In this document: one piece after another, positions 48,832-61,300 of the stretch | How the letters are laid out: each line of letters starts with the position of its first letter | How positions within the stretch are numbered: position 1 is the stretch's first letter | DNA from: Malacoraja senta | Taxonomy: Eukaryota | DNA length: 64,000 bases | Reading direction: 5' to 3' | Assembly (NCBI GenBank): GCA_038087875.1 | Contig: JAXLNO010000335.1 | Coordinates: 1 to 64,000, forward strand | The notes under the pieces: model-generated | What the model was told of the DNA's origin: nothing | Database searches by the model: none | What the model saw: only the letters and a program-made list of their open reading frames with translations | Program-made: the position numbers and the translations under genes

Positions 48832-49507
48832 AACCAAGTATCTTGGCATCAAATTGCAGAATGATCTGCGCTGGAATGGTCAGACTCATCATGCAACGGT
48901 GAAAGCAACAGGTGTCCTAAATTTTCTGAGGCGCAACTTTCATCATTGTTCAACTTCTGTCAAGGAGAAGCTATACTTCACCCTCGTTAGACCTCATTTG
49001 GACTACAGTTGCAGCATGGGACCCATACACAAATAAAAACATTTCTTCCATCGAACGTGTCCAAAGACAGGCAGCTCGATTTGTTACTAACACCTATGAG
49101 AGAGAAGCGAGTGTTACCCAACTTCTGAATTCTCTGGGGTGGAACCCTCTCCAAGACAGACGTGAAGCTCACCATTTGACCTGTTTTTACAAAATGTTAA
49201 ATGGTCAGCTCGACATAGATTACAAGACCTACACCAAACCCAAACCAATTAGGAGCAGATGAGGGCATTCGATCCAATTTGTGATTCCAGCTACCAAGAC
49301 AGATGTGTACAGCAATTCATTCTTCCCCCGCACAATTAAAGCATGGAATAATCTCCACCCTACCATAGTTACCCAACCAGATGCAACTAAATTTAAGGTA
49401 GCTCTTTCTTCCCAAAAACCCTTTCTGGCTTAAGTCCTCCCTCCACCACCTCCAGTTTAAATTCCATTTGGAATATTTTGGAGGACCAAGAAACCAAGAA
49501 ACCAAGA
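48832..49507 (+). mobile_element. Divergent CR1/L2-group LINE 3' fragment
   Basis: KYLGIKLQNDLRW...LYFTLVRPHLDY...WDPY...IERVQRQAARFV...SFFPRTIKAWNNL; (AAGAAACC)n tail. Confidence 0.75.
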
Positions 49508-50511
49508 CAGGTACGGTAGGTCATTTAATAGTAATTTAGACAGGTGGTGAGGACTCCTTCCCATAGAAAAAAGCCCAGAGTCGACGGAAGAAAAGCTTGT
49601 TGCGTAACGACGCAGATAAGTTTCTCTTTTGCTGGAGAGTTTCGTTTTCCCTCAGCTTATCTCGCCAACGCATGAATTGGCATTCAACTAACAATGTTAT
49701 GTCCTACTCTCTGTTTCTGTTTCCTTGTCTGTCTCTCTGGGTCCTAGTGCCCGCTGCTGGCCTCCTGCATTTCAACAGCGCCTCTTGTATCTGCTCCCCC
49801 CCACCCACCCACCCACCACCATTTAGACAGCACTCCCCAGGTCCCCATAACATACTGGGTATAAGGAAGGACTTTTCCTCGCTGGTCCCAAGTAGTATCT
49901 GTGTCTCCTGTAAAGAATGAAAGGCGTTTACAATATGTTGAACACTGCAAGCCAGATAGTTGCACTTGATCTGATTTTTAACACAAAATAAGATCATTGC
50001 AAAGGTGATATTTGTCTTTCAAAGGTACACAAAAATGCTGGAGAAACGCAGCGGGTGCAGCAGCATCTATGGAGCGAAGGAAATAGGCAACGTCTTTCAA
50101 CGCCGGGAAGGGGAAGCAGGAATTGAATGCGGAGGTTTCGTTCAGGATTCACCCCCCTCCCCCTGTGTTCAAGCAGTGTAACGCGGTTGGACACCAGGAC
50201 CCAGGAGATGACCTGACAGTCTGCAACCCGATTTAAAGGGGGCGGCTGCTCTGCTCGGAGGCAGTCGTGAGGCATCGCTGTTTTTGCAGAGGTGAGTGCA
50301 CGAAGTTCTTCTCCACTCATCGCTATTCCTGCTCTCGGGATCTCACCTCTCTTTAACTTTCCTTCTCGCCACGAAAGCAAGCATCGCCTTTCAAAGAAAG
50401 CTACCAAAGATTAAGATCAATAAGATCTTTGAAATCTACTGCTCCTAAAAACAAATATCGACGTGGTTGCAATTCACCTGTGGGACTTGCACAGGCGACG
50501 TTATCTCTGCC

Positions 50512-50582
<71 letters not shown>

Positions 50583-53500
50583 CTCTCGTTCTCTCTCTGC
50601 ACACATGCTGCCCGACCTGCTGCTGTGTCTGTTTTTTTTGGAGATTAAAGGGACTGCAGATGCTGGAATGTGGAGCGGTCTCCAAAAACACGCCACAGGC
50701 TGCAGTAAGGTCTCGCCCAGTCGAGCAGCATCTGTGGCAGGAGGAAGGTGTAAAGTCGACGTTACAGGTTGAGTTTGTGATCGAGACTGGCTGGTGGATC
50801 AGAATGGGGAGGCCAATGGAACCGGGGGGTGGAGAGAGGGAGGGGAGGAGAGGGGGGTAGGGAGGTAGTGAGGGGGATAGGGAAGAAGGAGAATGGGGTA
50901 GGGGAGAAGAGAGATATGGGGTAGGGAGGAAGAAGAGAGGGGGTTAGGGAGGAGGGAGAGAGGGGGGGGAGGAGAGGTGGACAGGGAGGGTGGAGGAGAG
51001 AGGGAGGGGGGGGGGAAGAGATGATCAAAGGGCGAAGAAAACCAAGGCAGAGAGAGATGCAGTTAGTGTAGGAAGGACCTGCAGATACTGGTTTGCACTG
51101 TAGATAGACGCAAAATGCTGGAGTAACTTAACAAGTCAGGCAGCATCTCTGGGGGAAAGGAATAGGTGATGTTTCGGGTCGGTCTAGAAATGTTTCCTTT
51201 CCTCCGGAGATGCTGCCTGAGCTTCTGACTGACCTTCTGAGTTACTCCAGCATTTTGTGTTTGTCATAGGAGTCGCAGTTAGTTTGGTTTATAGTCACGT
51301 GTACCGAGGTGCAGGAAAATGTTCTTTTGTGGCGTGGTATCCAGTGAGTGGAACGGCTAGACAAGATTACAATCAAGTGTACAGATACAGGGTAAAGCAA
51401 TTAACGTTTAGATGCTGGAATCCTGAGCAAAACTCAAAGTGTTGTAAGATCATAGCCAGTCAGGCAGCATCTGTGGTGGTTGGTTTTGGGGGGGGGGGGG
51501 GCGAGAGAGAGAATAGACAGCTTTGTGTGTCTGGACCCTCCATCAGTGTGAAGGGTCCTGATCCGAAATGGTGCCTGTCCCTTCACTGATGCCGACTGAC
51601 TTTGTGATTTTTCTCAAGAGCAAAACTGTGGTCAGTTGAGTGTGTGTGAGAAGACCAGGGGCGTGGGTTACCTGAAACTACCAAACTATCTGAAATGTAA
51701 TGTACAGAGGGATGGTGGGGTCCAAATCTGTAGCTCCCTGAAAGTAGCAACACAAGTGGATAGATGGAGCGATAATGAATGTTTAATGTGGATAAATGTC
51801 AGGTATCAAAAACAGGAAGGCAGATTATTATCTAAATGGCGTCAAGTTGGGAAAAGGGGAAGTACAACGGGATCTGGGGGTCCTTGTTCAGCAGTCTCTT
51901 TCGGTGACCTGATACGTCAGTCAATGATGCCGGCAGTCACCGGAAAATATCGCCAAGTGGGACAGGCCCTTAAGGTGTGTAAGGAGGAACTGCAAATGCT
52001 GGTTTACACCGAAGATAGACACAAAATGCTGGAGTAACTCAGCGGGGCAGGCAGCATCTCTGAAAAGAAAGAATGGATGCCGTTTTGGGATACAAGATGT
52101 TGTCATTCCAATTTGCTTTCTGGTCTCTCTGTAGCGGTGGTGAAGGCAGGAGGTAGACCAGTGGATATGTGAGCGGGAAGGAGAGTTTAGACAGAAGCTC
52201 GGGATAGAGGGCACTTAACACACAAGCCAAGCTATAGCAGGTGGAGCTGCTGCCTCTCACAGTGCCAGAGACCCGGGTTCCATCCCGACCTCAGGTGCTG
52301 CCTGTATGTGGACTTTGCATGTTCTCCCTAAGACTGTGTGGATATCCTCTGGATGCTCCGGTTTTCTTGCCCGCCTGCCAAGTGCCTGGCCTCTTGGCCC
52401 AGCGGTAGAGTTGCTGCCTTTACAGCACCAGAGACCCGGGTTTGATCGTGACTATCAGTGCTGTCTGTACGGAGTTTGTACGTTCTCTCCGTGAACTGCG
52501 TGGGTTTTCTCCGAAATCTTCGGTTTCCTGCCGCACTCCAAAGACGTACAGGCTTGGTGTAAATATAAAAATTGTCCCCAGTGTATGTAGGGTGGCGTTA
52601 TTGTGCGGGGATCGCTGGTCGATGCAGACTTGGTGGGCCACAGGGCCTGTTTCCACGCTGTATCTCTAAACTAAACTAAACTCTATAAATTGGCTCTCGT
52701 GTGTAGGGATTGAATGTGAAAGTGGGATAACTATACTATAGAACTACTGTGAACGGGTGATTGATGGTCAGCGTGGACTCTGAGCCAACGGGCCTGTTTC
52801 ATAGAAACATAGAAAATAGGTGCAGGAGAAGGCCATTGGGCCCTTCGAGCCAGCACCCCCATTCATTGTGATCATGGCTGATCGTCCCCAATCAATAACC
52901 TGTGCCTGCCTTCTCCCCATATCCCTTGATTCCACTAGCCCCTAGAGCTCTATCTAACTCTCTCTTAAATCCATCCAGTGACTTGGCCTCCACTGCCCTC
53001 TGTGGCAGGGAATTCCACACATTCACAACTCTCTGGGTGAAAAAGTTTTTTCTCACAGTCTTAAATGTCTTCCCCTTTATACTAAGTTTCCTGGCTTTAT
53101 CTTTCAAACAATCAATATAATTTATATGTATGTCATCTAAATGCAGGCCATATCATCTTATAATTCACTCTTATCACCACCTCCCCCTGAGCTGCAGGGA
53201 ATACAGACTCTGTATCCCTCTGGTCATCTCCATCTAAATGTGTAGTCCTCAGAACTACTCCCAGTGTTACTGGAAACATTATTACATGGAGATATTAGAT
53301 ATTGGCACAGGTGCACTGTGCCAATATCTCACGTGCACTGACATAGGCAACAGGTGCAGGAGTAGGCCATTCGGCACTTTGAGCCAGCACCCCCATTCAC
53401 TGTGATCATGGCTGATCATCCCCAATCAGTACCCCGTTCCTGCCTTCTCCCCATATCCCCTGATTCCGCTATCTTTAAGAGCCCTATCTAGCTTTCTCTT

Positions 53501-53702
53501 GAAAGCATCCAGAGAACCTGCCTCCATCGCCCTCTGAGGCAGAGAATTCCACAGACTCACAACTCTCTGTGAGAAAAAGTGTTTCCTCGTCTCCGTTCTA
53601 AATGGCTTACCCCTTATTCTTAAACCGTGGCCCCTGGTTCTGGACTCCCCCAACATCGGGAACATGTTTCCTGCCTCTAGCATGTCCAAACCCTTTATAA
53701 TC

Positions 53703-54678
53703 ATTCTTCAGGGAACGGGGGTTCCCCTCCTCCACCATAGATGAGGCTCGCACCAGGGTCTCTGCCATACCCCGCAACACTGCTCTCTCTCCCCATCCCC
53801 CCCACTCACAACAAAGGCAGAGTCCCCCTAGTCCTCACCTTTCACCCCACCAGCCGTCACATACAACAAGTGATCCTCCGTCAGTTTCGCCACCTCCAAC
53901 GTGACCCCACCACTCGCCACATCTTCCCATCTCCCCCCATGTCTGCCTTCCGCAAAGACCGCTCCCTCCATAACTCCCTTGTCAATTCTTCCCTTCCCTC
54001 CCATACCACCCCCTCCCCTGGTACTTTCCCTTGCAATCGCAAGAGATGCAACACTTGTCCCTTCACCTCCCCCCTCCACTCCATTCAAGGACCCAAGCAG
54101 TCGTTCCAGGTGCGACAGAGGTTCACCTGCATCTCCTCCAACCTCATCTATTGCATTCGCTGCTCTAGATGCCAGCTGATCTACATCGGTGAGACCAAGC
54201 GGAGGCTTGGCGATCGTTTCGCCGAACTCCTCCGGTCGGTCCGCAATAACCAACCTGAACGCCCGGTGGCTCAGCACTTCAACTCCCCCTCCCATTCCGT
54301 ATCTGACCTCTCTGTCCTGGGTCTCCTCCGTGGCCACAGCGAGCAACACCGTAAATTGGAGGAAATGCACCTCATATTCCGCTTGGGCAGTCTACATCCT
54401 GGGGGCCTCAACATTGAATTCTCCCAATTCTGCTAGCCCTTGCTGTCCCCTCCCCTTCATCAGCCATCTGGTTGTCTCCTCCCCTCCCCCAGCCCTCGGG
54501 CTCCTCCTCCGCCTTTGTCCTTTTTTCCTTTCTTCTCCCCACCCCCTATCAGTCTGAAGAAGGGTTTCGGCCCGAAACGTTGCCTATTTCCTTCGCTCCA
54601 TAGATGCTGCTGCACCCGCTGAGTTTCTCCAGCATTTTTGTGTACCTTCGATTTTCCAGCATCTGCAGTTCCTTCTTT
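53703..54678 (+). mobile_element. Penelope-like element, 5'-truncated, with GIY-YIG ORF end, terminal repeat and 14-bp TSD
   Basis: ORF 53741-54436 with RVPLVLTFHP, CNRKRCNTC and NLIYCIRCSRCQLIYIGETKRRLGDRFAE...HFN; AACCCTTTATAATC duplicated at 53689-53702 and 54679-54692 within a CR1. Confidence 0.9.
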
Positions 54679-54974
54679 AACCCTTTATAATCTTATATGT
54701 TTCAATAAGATGCCCTCTCATCCTTCTAAACTCCAGAGTGTACAAGCCCAGCCGCTCCATTCTCTCAGCATACGACAGTCCCGCCATCCCGGGAATTAAC
54801 CTTGTAAACTTATAACCTAGCGGTATGAATATTGATTTCTATAACTTGCATCCTCTTTCTCTCCGCCCCTCCCCCACCATAGTTGTCATACTAGTTTCAC
54901 TGTCATCCTGCTGAGTTTCACTGTTTGTATGACGCATCGCCTTCCCCGCAGCCAACAATGGACATAGATATATA

Positions 54975-56371
54975 GATACATAGAAAATAGGTGCAGGAGT
55001 AGGCCATTCGGCCCTTCGAGCCTGCACCGCCATTCAATATGATCATGGCTGATCATCCAACTCAGTATCCCGTACCTGCCTTCTCTCCATACCCACTGAT
55101 CCCTTTAGCCACAAGGGCCACATCTAACTCCCTCTTAAATATAGCCAATGAACTGGCCTCAACTACCCTCTGTGGCAGAGAGTTCCAGAGATTCACCACT
55201 CTCTGTGTGAAAAAGTTTTTCTCATCTCGGTCTTAAAGGATTTCCCCCTTATCCTTAAGCTGTGACCCCTTGTCCTGGACTTCCCCAACATCGGGAACAA
55301 TCTTCCTGCAGCCTGTCCAACCCCATAAGAATTTTGTACGTTTCTATAAGATCCCCTCTCAATCTCCTAAATTCTAGCGAGTATAAGCCAAGTCTATCCA
55401 GTCTTTCTTCATATGAAAGTCCTGACATCCCAGGAATCAGTCTGGTGAACCTTCTCTGCACTCCCTCTATGGCTATAATGTCCTTCCTCAGATTTGGAGA
55501 CCAAAACTGTACGCAATACTCCAGGTGTGGTCTCACCAAGACCCTGTACAACTGCAGTAGAACCTCCCTGCTCCTATACTCAAATCCTTTTGCTATGAAA
55601 GCTAACATACCATTCGCTTTCTTCACTGCCTGCTGCACCTGCATGCCTACTTTCAATGACTGGTGTACCATGACACCCAGGTCTCGCTGCATCTCCCCAT
55701 TTCCTAATCGGCCACCATTTAGATAATAGTCTGCTTTCCTGTTTTTGCCACCAAAGTGGATAACCTCACATTTATCCACATTATACTGCATCTGCCAAAC
55801 ATTTGCCCACTCACCCAGCCTATCCAAGTCACCTTGCAGTCTCCTAGCATCCTCCTCACAGCTAACACTGCCCCCCAGCTTAGTGTCATCCGCAAACTTG
55901 GAGATGTTGCCTTCAATTCCCTCATCCAGTTCATTAATATAAATTGTAAATAGCTGGGGTCCCAGCACTGAGCCTTGCGGTACCCCACTAGTCATTGCCT
56001 GCCATTGTGAAAAGGACCCGTTTACTCCTACTCTTTGCTTCCTGTTTGCCAGCCAGTTCTCTATCCACATCAATACTGAACCCCCAATACCATGTGCTTT
56101 AAGTTTGTATACTAATCTCTTATGTGGTACCTTGTCGAAAGCCTTCTGAAAGTCCAGATACAACACATCTACTGGTTCTCCCCTATCCACTCTACTAGTT
56201 ACATCCTCGAAAAATTCTATAAGATACGTGAGACATGATTTACCTTTCGTAAATCCATGCTGACTTTGTCCAATGATTTCACCACTTTCCAAATGTGCTG
56301 CTATCCCATCTTTAATAACTGACTCTAGCAGTTTCCCCACTACCGATGTTAGACTAACTGGTCTGTAATTC
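54975..56371 (-). mobile_element. CR1 LINE RT region, well preserved
   Basis: Long open RT frame NYRPVSLTSVVGK...SQHGF...KFADDTK...RGDLIETYKIL. Confidence 0.93.
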
Positions 56372-58372
56372 ACCGTGGACAATGGTGGACTCCACCTTTC
56401 CCTGGTTCTCACAGCTGGATTTGTTCTGTAATTTTGCATATCTTTCATTAATACGTTCTATGTACCTTTTCATATCTCTTGGTTCCCCCTCCCCTGACTC
56501 TCGGTCTGAAGAAGGGTCTCGACCCAAAACGTCACCTATTCCTTCTCTCCAGAGTGGCTGCCTGTCCCGCTGAGTTACTCCAGCATTTAGTGTCCATCTT
56601 CAGTGTAAACCAGCACCTGCAGTTCCATCCTACACAATCACTTTATAGCAGAAAAAAAGAACTGCAGACGCTGTTGAATAAACCAAAGGACAAAGTGCTG
56701 GAGTAACTCAGTGGGCCAGGCAGCATCTCTGGAGAACGTGGATCGGTGACTTTTCGGGTCAGGACACTTCTTTATATTGTAGGGCGGAGAACAAACCTGG
56801 AAATTCATGAGTACAAGAGGTAGTGCAGAAGAGAAAATAAACAGAATGAATACAATGTTAACAGCTCCAGAGAAAGTACAGAAAAAAAAGTGCAGCTGTC
56901 ACAATGAGGTTGATTGGAGGATCAGAGATAACATGAGATGTCTGTGCAAGTGTGTGATTACAGTGGGCAAGAAGGTCTTGAATCTGAAGGTATGTTCTTT
57001 CCAGCCTCTGTATCTTCTGCCCTATTGGAAGAGTGGAGAATAGAGAATGACCAATGGTTGTCTGTAATGTTGGCTGCTTTCCCATGGCAGCGGGGAGTAC
57101 AGATGGGGTTGATTGGGGGAAGGAGCGGTCACAAGTTCGAGGAGCAGAATTAGGGAATTTGGCCCATCAAGTCCATTGTTGACATTCCATAGTAGGCAAA
57201 TCTGACTTGTCCCGAAGAATGAGAACTCTCTTCATATTGGAAGTTGTGGAGGACCCAAGAAAATAGAGGTGGGGGGCTGACTGGTAGTGGGGGGCTGACT
57301 GGTAGTGGGGGGTGGGGGGGAGTTGATGCTTTCGCTTTCAAATGCAATGGGGTAGCATCTGAGGAAAACCAACAGTGTGCAGCAAAGAATGTCACTGCGG
57401 AGAAAGTGCAGATTTAAAAAAATGTGCAAGGGTGGCAATAAGGCAGGTTGGAGGGCCGGGACTGCACCTTGGCTTGTTCAATAGTCTGATGGCAGAGGGG
57501 AAGAAGCTTTTCCTGAATCTGGTAGTACATGCTTTTGCAACTTCTGCCCGACGGGAGTGGGGAGAAGAGGGCATGACGGGGGTGTGAGTGGTCTTTGATT
57601 ATGTTGGCTGCTTTCCCGAGGCAGCGTGAAGTGTACATGGAGTCGATGGCGGGGAGTCTGGTCTGTGTGATGGACTGGGCTACATCCACAACTCACTGCA
57701 ATTTCTTGCGGTCTTGGGCAGAGCTGTTGCCAAACCAAGCTGTGATGCATTCCAGATGCGTAAGATGCTTGTAAGATGCTTTCCACAATGTGTCTGTAGA
57801 AATCGGTTAGAGTTGTTGGAGACATGCCAAACTTCCTCGGCATTCTCGGGTAAAGGCGTTGGTGTGCTTTCTTGTCAGTGTCAGTGTGTTTGGACCAGGA
57901 CAACTTTGTCGGTGATATTTTCCTCTTGCTGTTTAGTTAATATCATTGTTTCAGAAGAGGGGTCATGTGTAACTTCCACAGATGTACAATGGAGCGACCT
58001 GGTGGTGCAGCGGTAGAGTTGCTGCCTCACAGCACTGGAGACCCGGGTTCAATCCTGACCACGTAGGTTTGCACCAGGTGCTCCGGTTTCCTCCCACGCT
58101 CCAAAGACGTAAAGGTTTGTAGGTTAATTGACTTGGGTATAATTGTAAATTGTCCCTAGTGTGTGGAGGATAGTGTTAGTGTGTGGGGAGCGCTGGTCGG
58201 TGCGGACTCAGTTGGCCGAAGGGCCTGTTTCCACACTGTATCTCCAAACTAAACTAGAGAGTAGACAAAAATTGCTGGAGAAACTCAGCGGGTGAGGGTC
58301 TCGACCCGAAATGTTGCCAATTCCTTCTCTCCATAGATGCTGCCTCACCCGCTGAGTTTCTCCAGCAATTTT

Positions 58373-61300
58373 ATAGACAATAGACAATAGGTGCAGGAGT
58401 AGGCCATTCGGCTCTTCGAGCCAACACCACCATTCAATGTGATCATGGCTAATCATCCCCAATCAGTACCCCGTTCCTGCCTCCTCCCCATATCCCTTGA
58501 CTATTTTTAAGAGCCCTATCTAGCTCTCAAAAGTATCCAGAGAACCGGCCTCCACCGCCCTCTGAGGCAGAGAATTCCACAGACTCACAACTCTCTGTGA
58601 GGAAAAAGTGTTTCGTCATCTCCGTTCTAAATGGCTTACTCCTTATTCTTAAACTATGGCCCCTGGTTCTGGACTCCCCCAACATCGGGAACATGTTTCC
58701 TGCCTCTAGTGTCCCTAAACCCTGAGCAATCTTATATGTTTCAATAAGATCACCTCTCATCCTTCTAAACTCCAGAGTGTACAAGCCCAGCCACTCCATT
58801 CTCTCAGCATATGACAGTCCCGCCATCCCGGGAATTAATCTTGTAAACCTACGCTGCACTCCCTCAATAGCAAGAATGTCCTTCCTCAAATTAGGGGACC
58901 AAAACTGCACACAATACTCCAGGTGTGGTCTCACTAGGGCTCTGTACAACTGCAGAAGGACCTCTTTGCTCCTATACTCGACTCCTCTTGTTATAAAGGC
59001 CAACATGCCATTCGCTTTCTTCACTGCCTGCTGTACCTGCATGCTTACTTTCATAGACTGATGAACAAGGACCCCCAGATCCCATTGTACTTCCCCTTTT
59101 CCCAACTTTATGCCATTTAGATAGTAATCTGCCTTCCTGTTTTTGATACCAAAGTGGATAACATCACATTTATCCACATGAAAATTCATCTGCCATGCAT
59201 CTGCCCACTCCCCCAACCTGTCCAAGTCGCATTCTCATAGCATCCTCCTCACAATTCACACTGCTACCCAGCTTTGTGTCATCTGCAAATTTGCTAATGT
59301 TACTTTGAATCCCTTCATCCAAATCATTGATGTATATTGTAAATAGCTGCGGTCCCAGCACCGAGCCTTGCGGAATCCCACTAGTCACTGCCTGCCATTC
59401 TGAAAGGGACCCGTTAATCCCTACTCTTTGTTTTCTGTCTGCCAGCCAATTTTCTATCCATGTCAGCACTCTACCCCCAATACCATGTGCCCTAATTTTG
59501 CCCAGTTATCTCCTATGTGGGACATTATCAAATGCTTTCTGAAAGTCCAGGTACACTACATCCACTGACTCTCCCTTGTCCATTTTCCTAGTTACATCCT
59601 CAAAAAATTCCAGATGATTAGTCAAGCATGATATCCCCTTCGTAAATCCATGCTGACTCGGACCGATCCTGTTACTGCTATCCAATTGTGCGGCTATTTC
59701 ATCTTTTATAATTGAATCCAGCATCTTCCCCACCACCGATGTCAGGCTAACTGGTCTATAATTCCCCGTTTTCTCTCTCCCGCTTTTCTTAAAAAGTGGT
59801 ATAACATTAACTACCCTCCAATCCACAGGAACTGATCCTGAGTCTATAGAACATTGGAAAATTATTACCAATGCATTCACGATTTCTAGAGCCACTTCCT
59901 TAAGTACCCTGGGATGCAGACCATCAGGCCCTGGGGATTTATCAGCCTTCAGTCCCATCAGTCTACCCAACAACATTTCCTGCCTAATGTGGATTTCCTT
60001 CAGTTCCTCTGTCACCCCAGATCCTCTGGCCACTACTATATCAGGAAACATAGAAACATAGAAACATAGAAAATGGGTGCAGGAGTAGGAAGATTGTGTC
60101 TTCCTTAGTGAAGACGGATCCAAAGTACCTGTTCAACTCATCTGCCATTTTCCTTGTTCCCCATAATAAATTCACCTTTTTCAGTCTTCAAGGGTCCAAC
60201 TTTGGTCTTAACTAATTTTTTCCTCTTCACATACCTAAAGAAGTTTTTACAATCCTCTTTTATATTCTTGGCTAGCTTACCTCATCTTTTCTCCCTGTAT
60301 TGCCTTTTTAGTTATCTTCTGTTGCTCTTTAAACATTACCCAATCCTCTTGCTTCCTGCTCATCTTTGCTACGTTGTACTTCTTCTCTTTTATTTTTATA
60401 CTGTCCCTGATGTCCCTTGTCAGCCACGGTCACCCCTTACTCCCCTTGGAATCTTTCTTCCTCTTTGGAATGAACTGATCCTGCACCTTCTGTATTATTC
60501 CTAGAAATACCTGCCATTGTTGTTCCACTGTCATCCCTGCAAGGGTATCTTTCCAGTCAACTTTGGCCAGCTCCTCCCTCATGGCCCCATAATTCCCTTT
60601 ATTCAACTGTAACACTGACACCTCCAACTACCCTTCTCCACCTCCAATTGTAGATTAAACCTGACCATGTTATGGTCACTGCCTCCTAATGGCTCATTAA
60701 CCTCGAGGTCCTTTACCAAATCCGGTTCATTACATAACACTAAATTCAGAATTGCCTTCTCCTGGGTAGGCTCCAATACAAGCTGTTCTCAGAATCCATC
60801 CCGAAGGCACTCTACAAAGTCCCTTTCTTTTTTTTTTTTTTTTTTATTTTTTTATTTTTTAGAAGTACGGTAGATTACAGTAATGTACAACACGTATATA
60901 TTAATACATTTTTTGTACCGCTTCACTTTTTTAAACTTTAAGAAAGAAAAAGAAAGAAGTAAGAAAAGTGAAGAAAGTGCGCAAAGGTACAAAGTCCCTT
61001 TCTTGGGGTCCAGTACCAACACGATTTTCCCAGTCTACCTGCATGTTGAAATCTCCCATAACAACCACAGCATTACATTTGCTACATACCAATTTTAACT
61101 CCTGATTCAACTTGCACCCTATGTCCAGGCTACTGTTTGGGGGCCTGTAGATAAGTCCCACTAGGGTCTTTTTATCCTTACAATTCCGTAAGGATATTCT
61201 ATCCATACTGACTCCACATCTCCTATTTCAATTTCACCCCTTGCAAGGGACTGAATTTCATTTCTCACCAACAGAGCTACCCCACCCCCTCTGCCCACCT

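Noticed and set aside
53741..54436. Stand-alone GIY-YIG nuclease gene or bacterial-type defence system
   Set aside because: It is the C-terminal part of a TSD-flanked, 5'-truncated Penelope-like retroelement.
55255..56448. 397-aa reverse transcriptase as a retron or novel RT system
   Set aside because: Standard CR1 ORF2 fragment with several close relatives in the window; the ORF's N-terminus comes from unrelated adjacent repeat.
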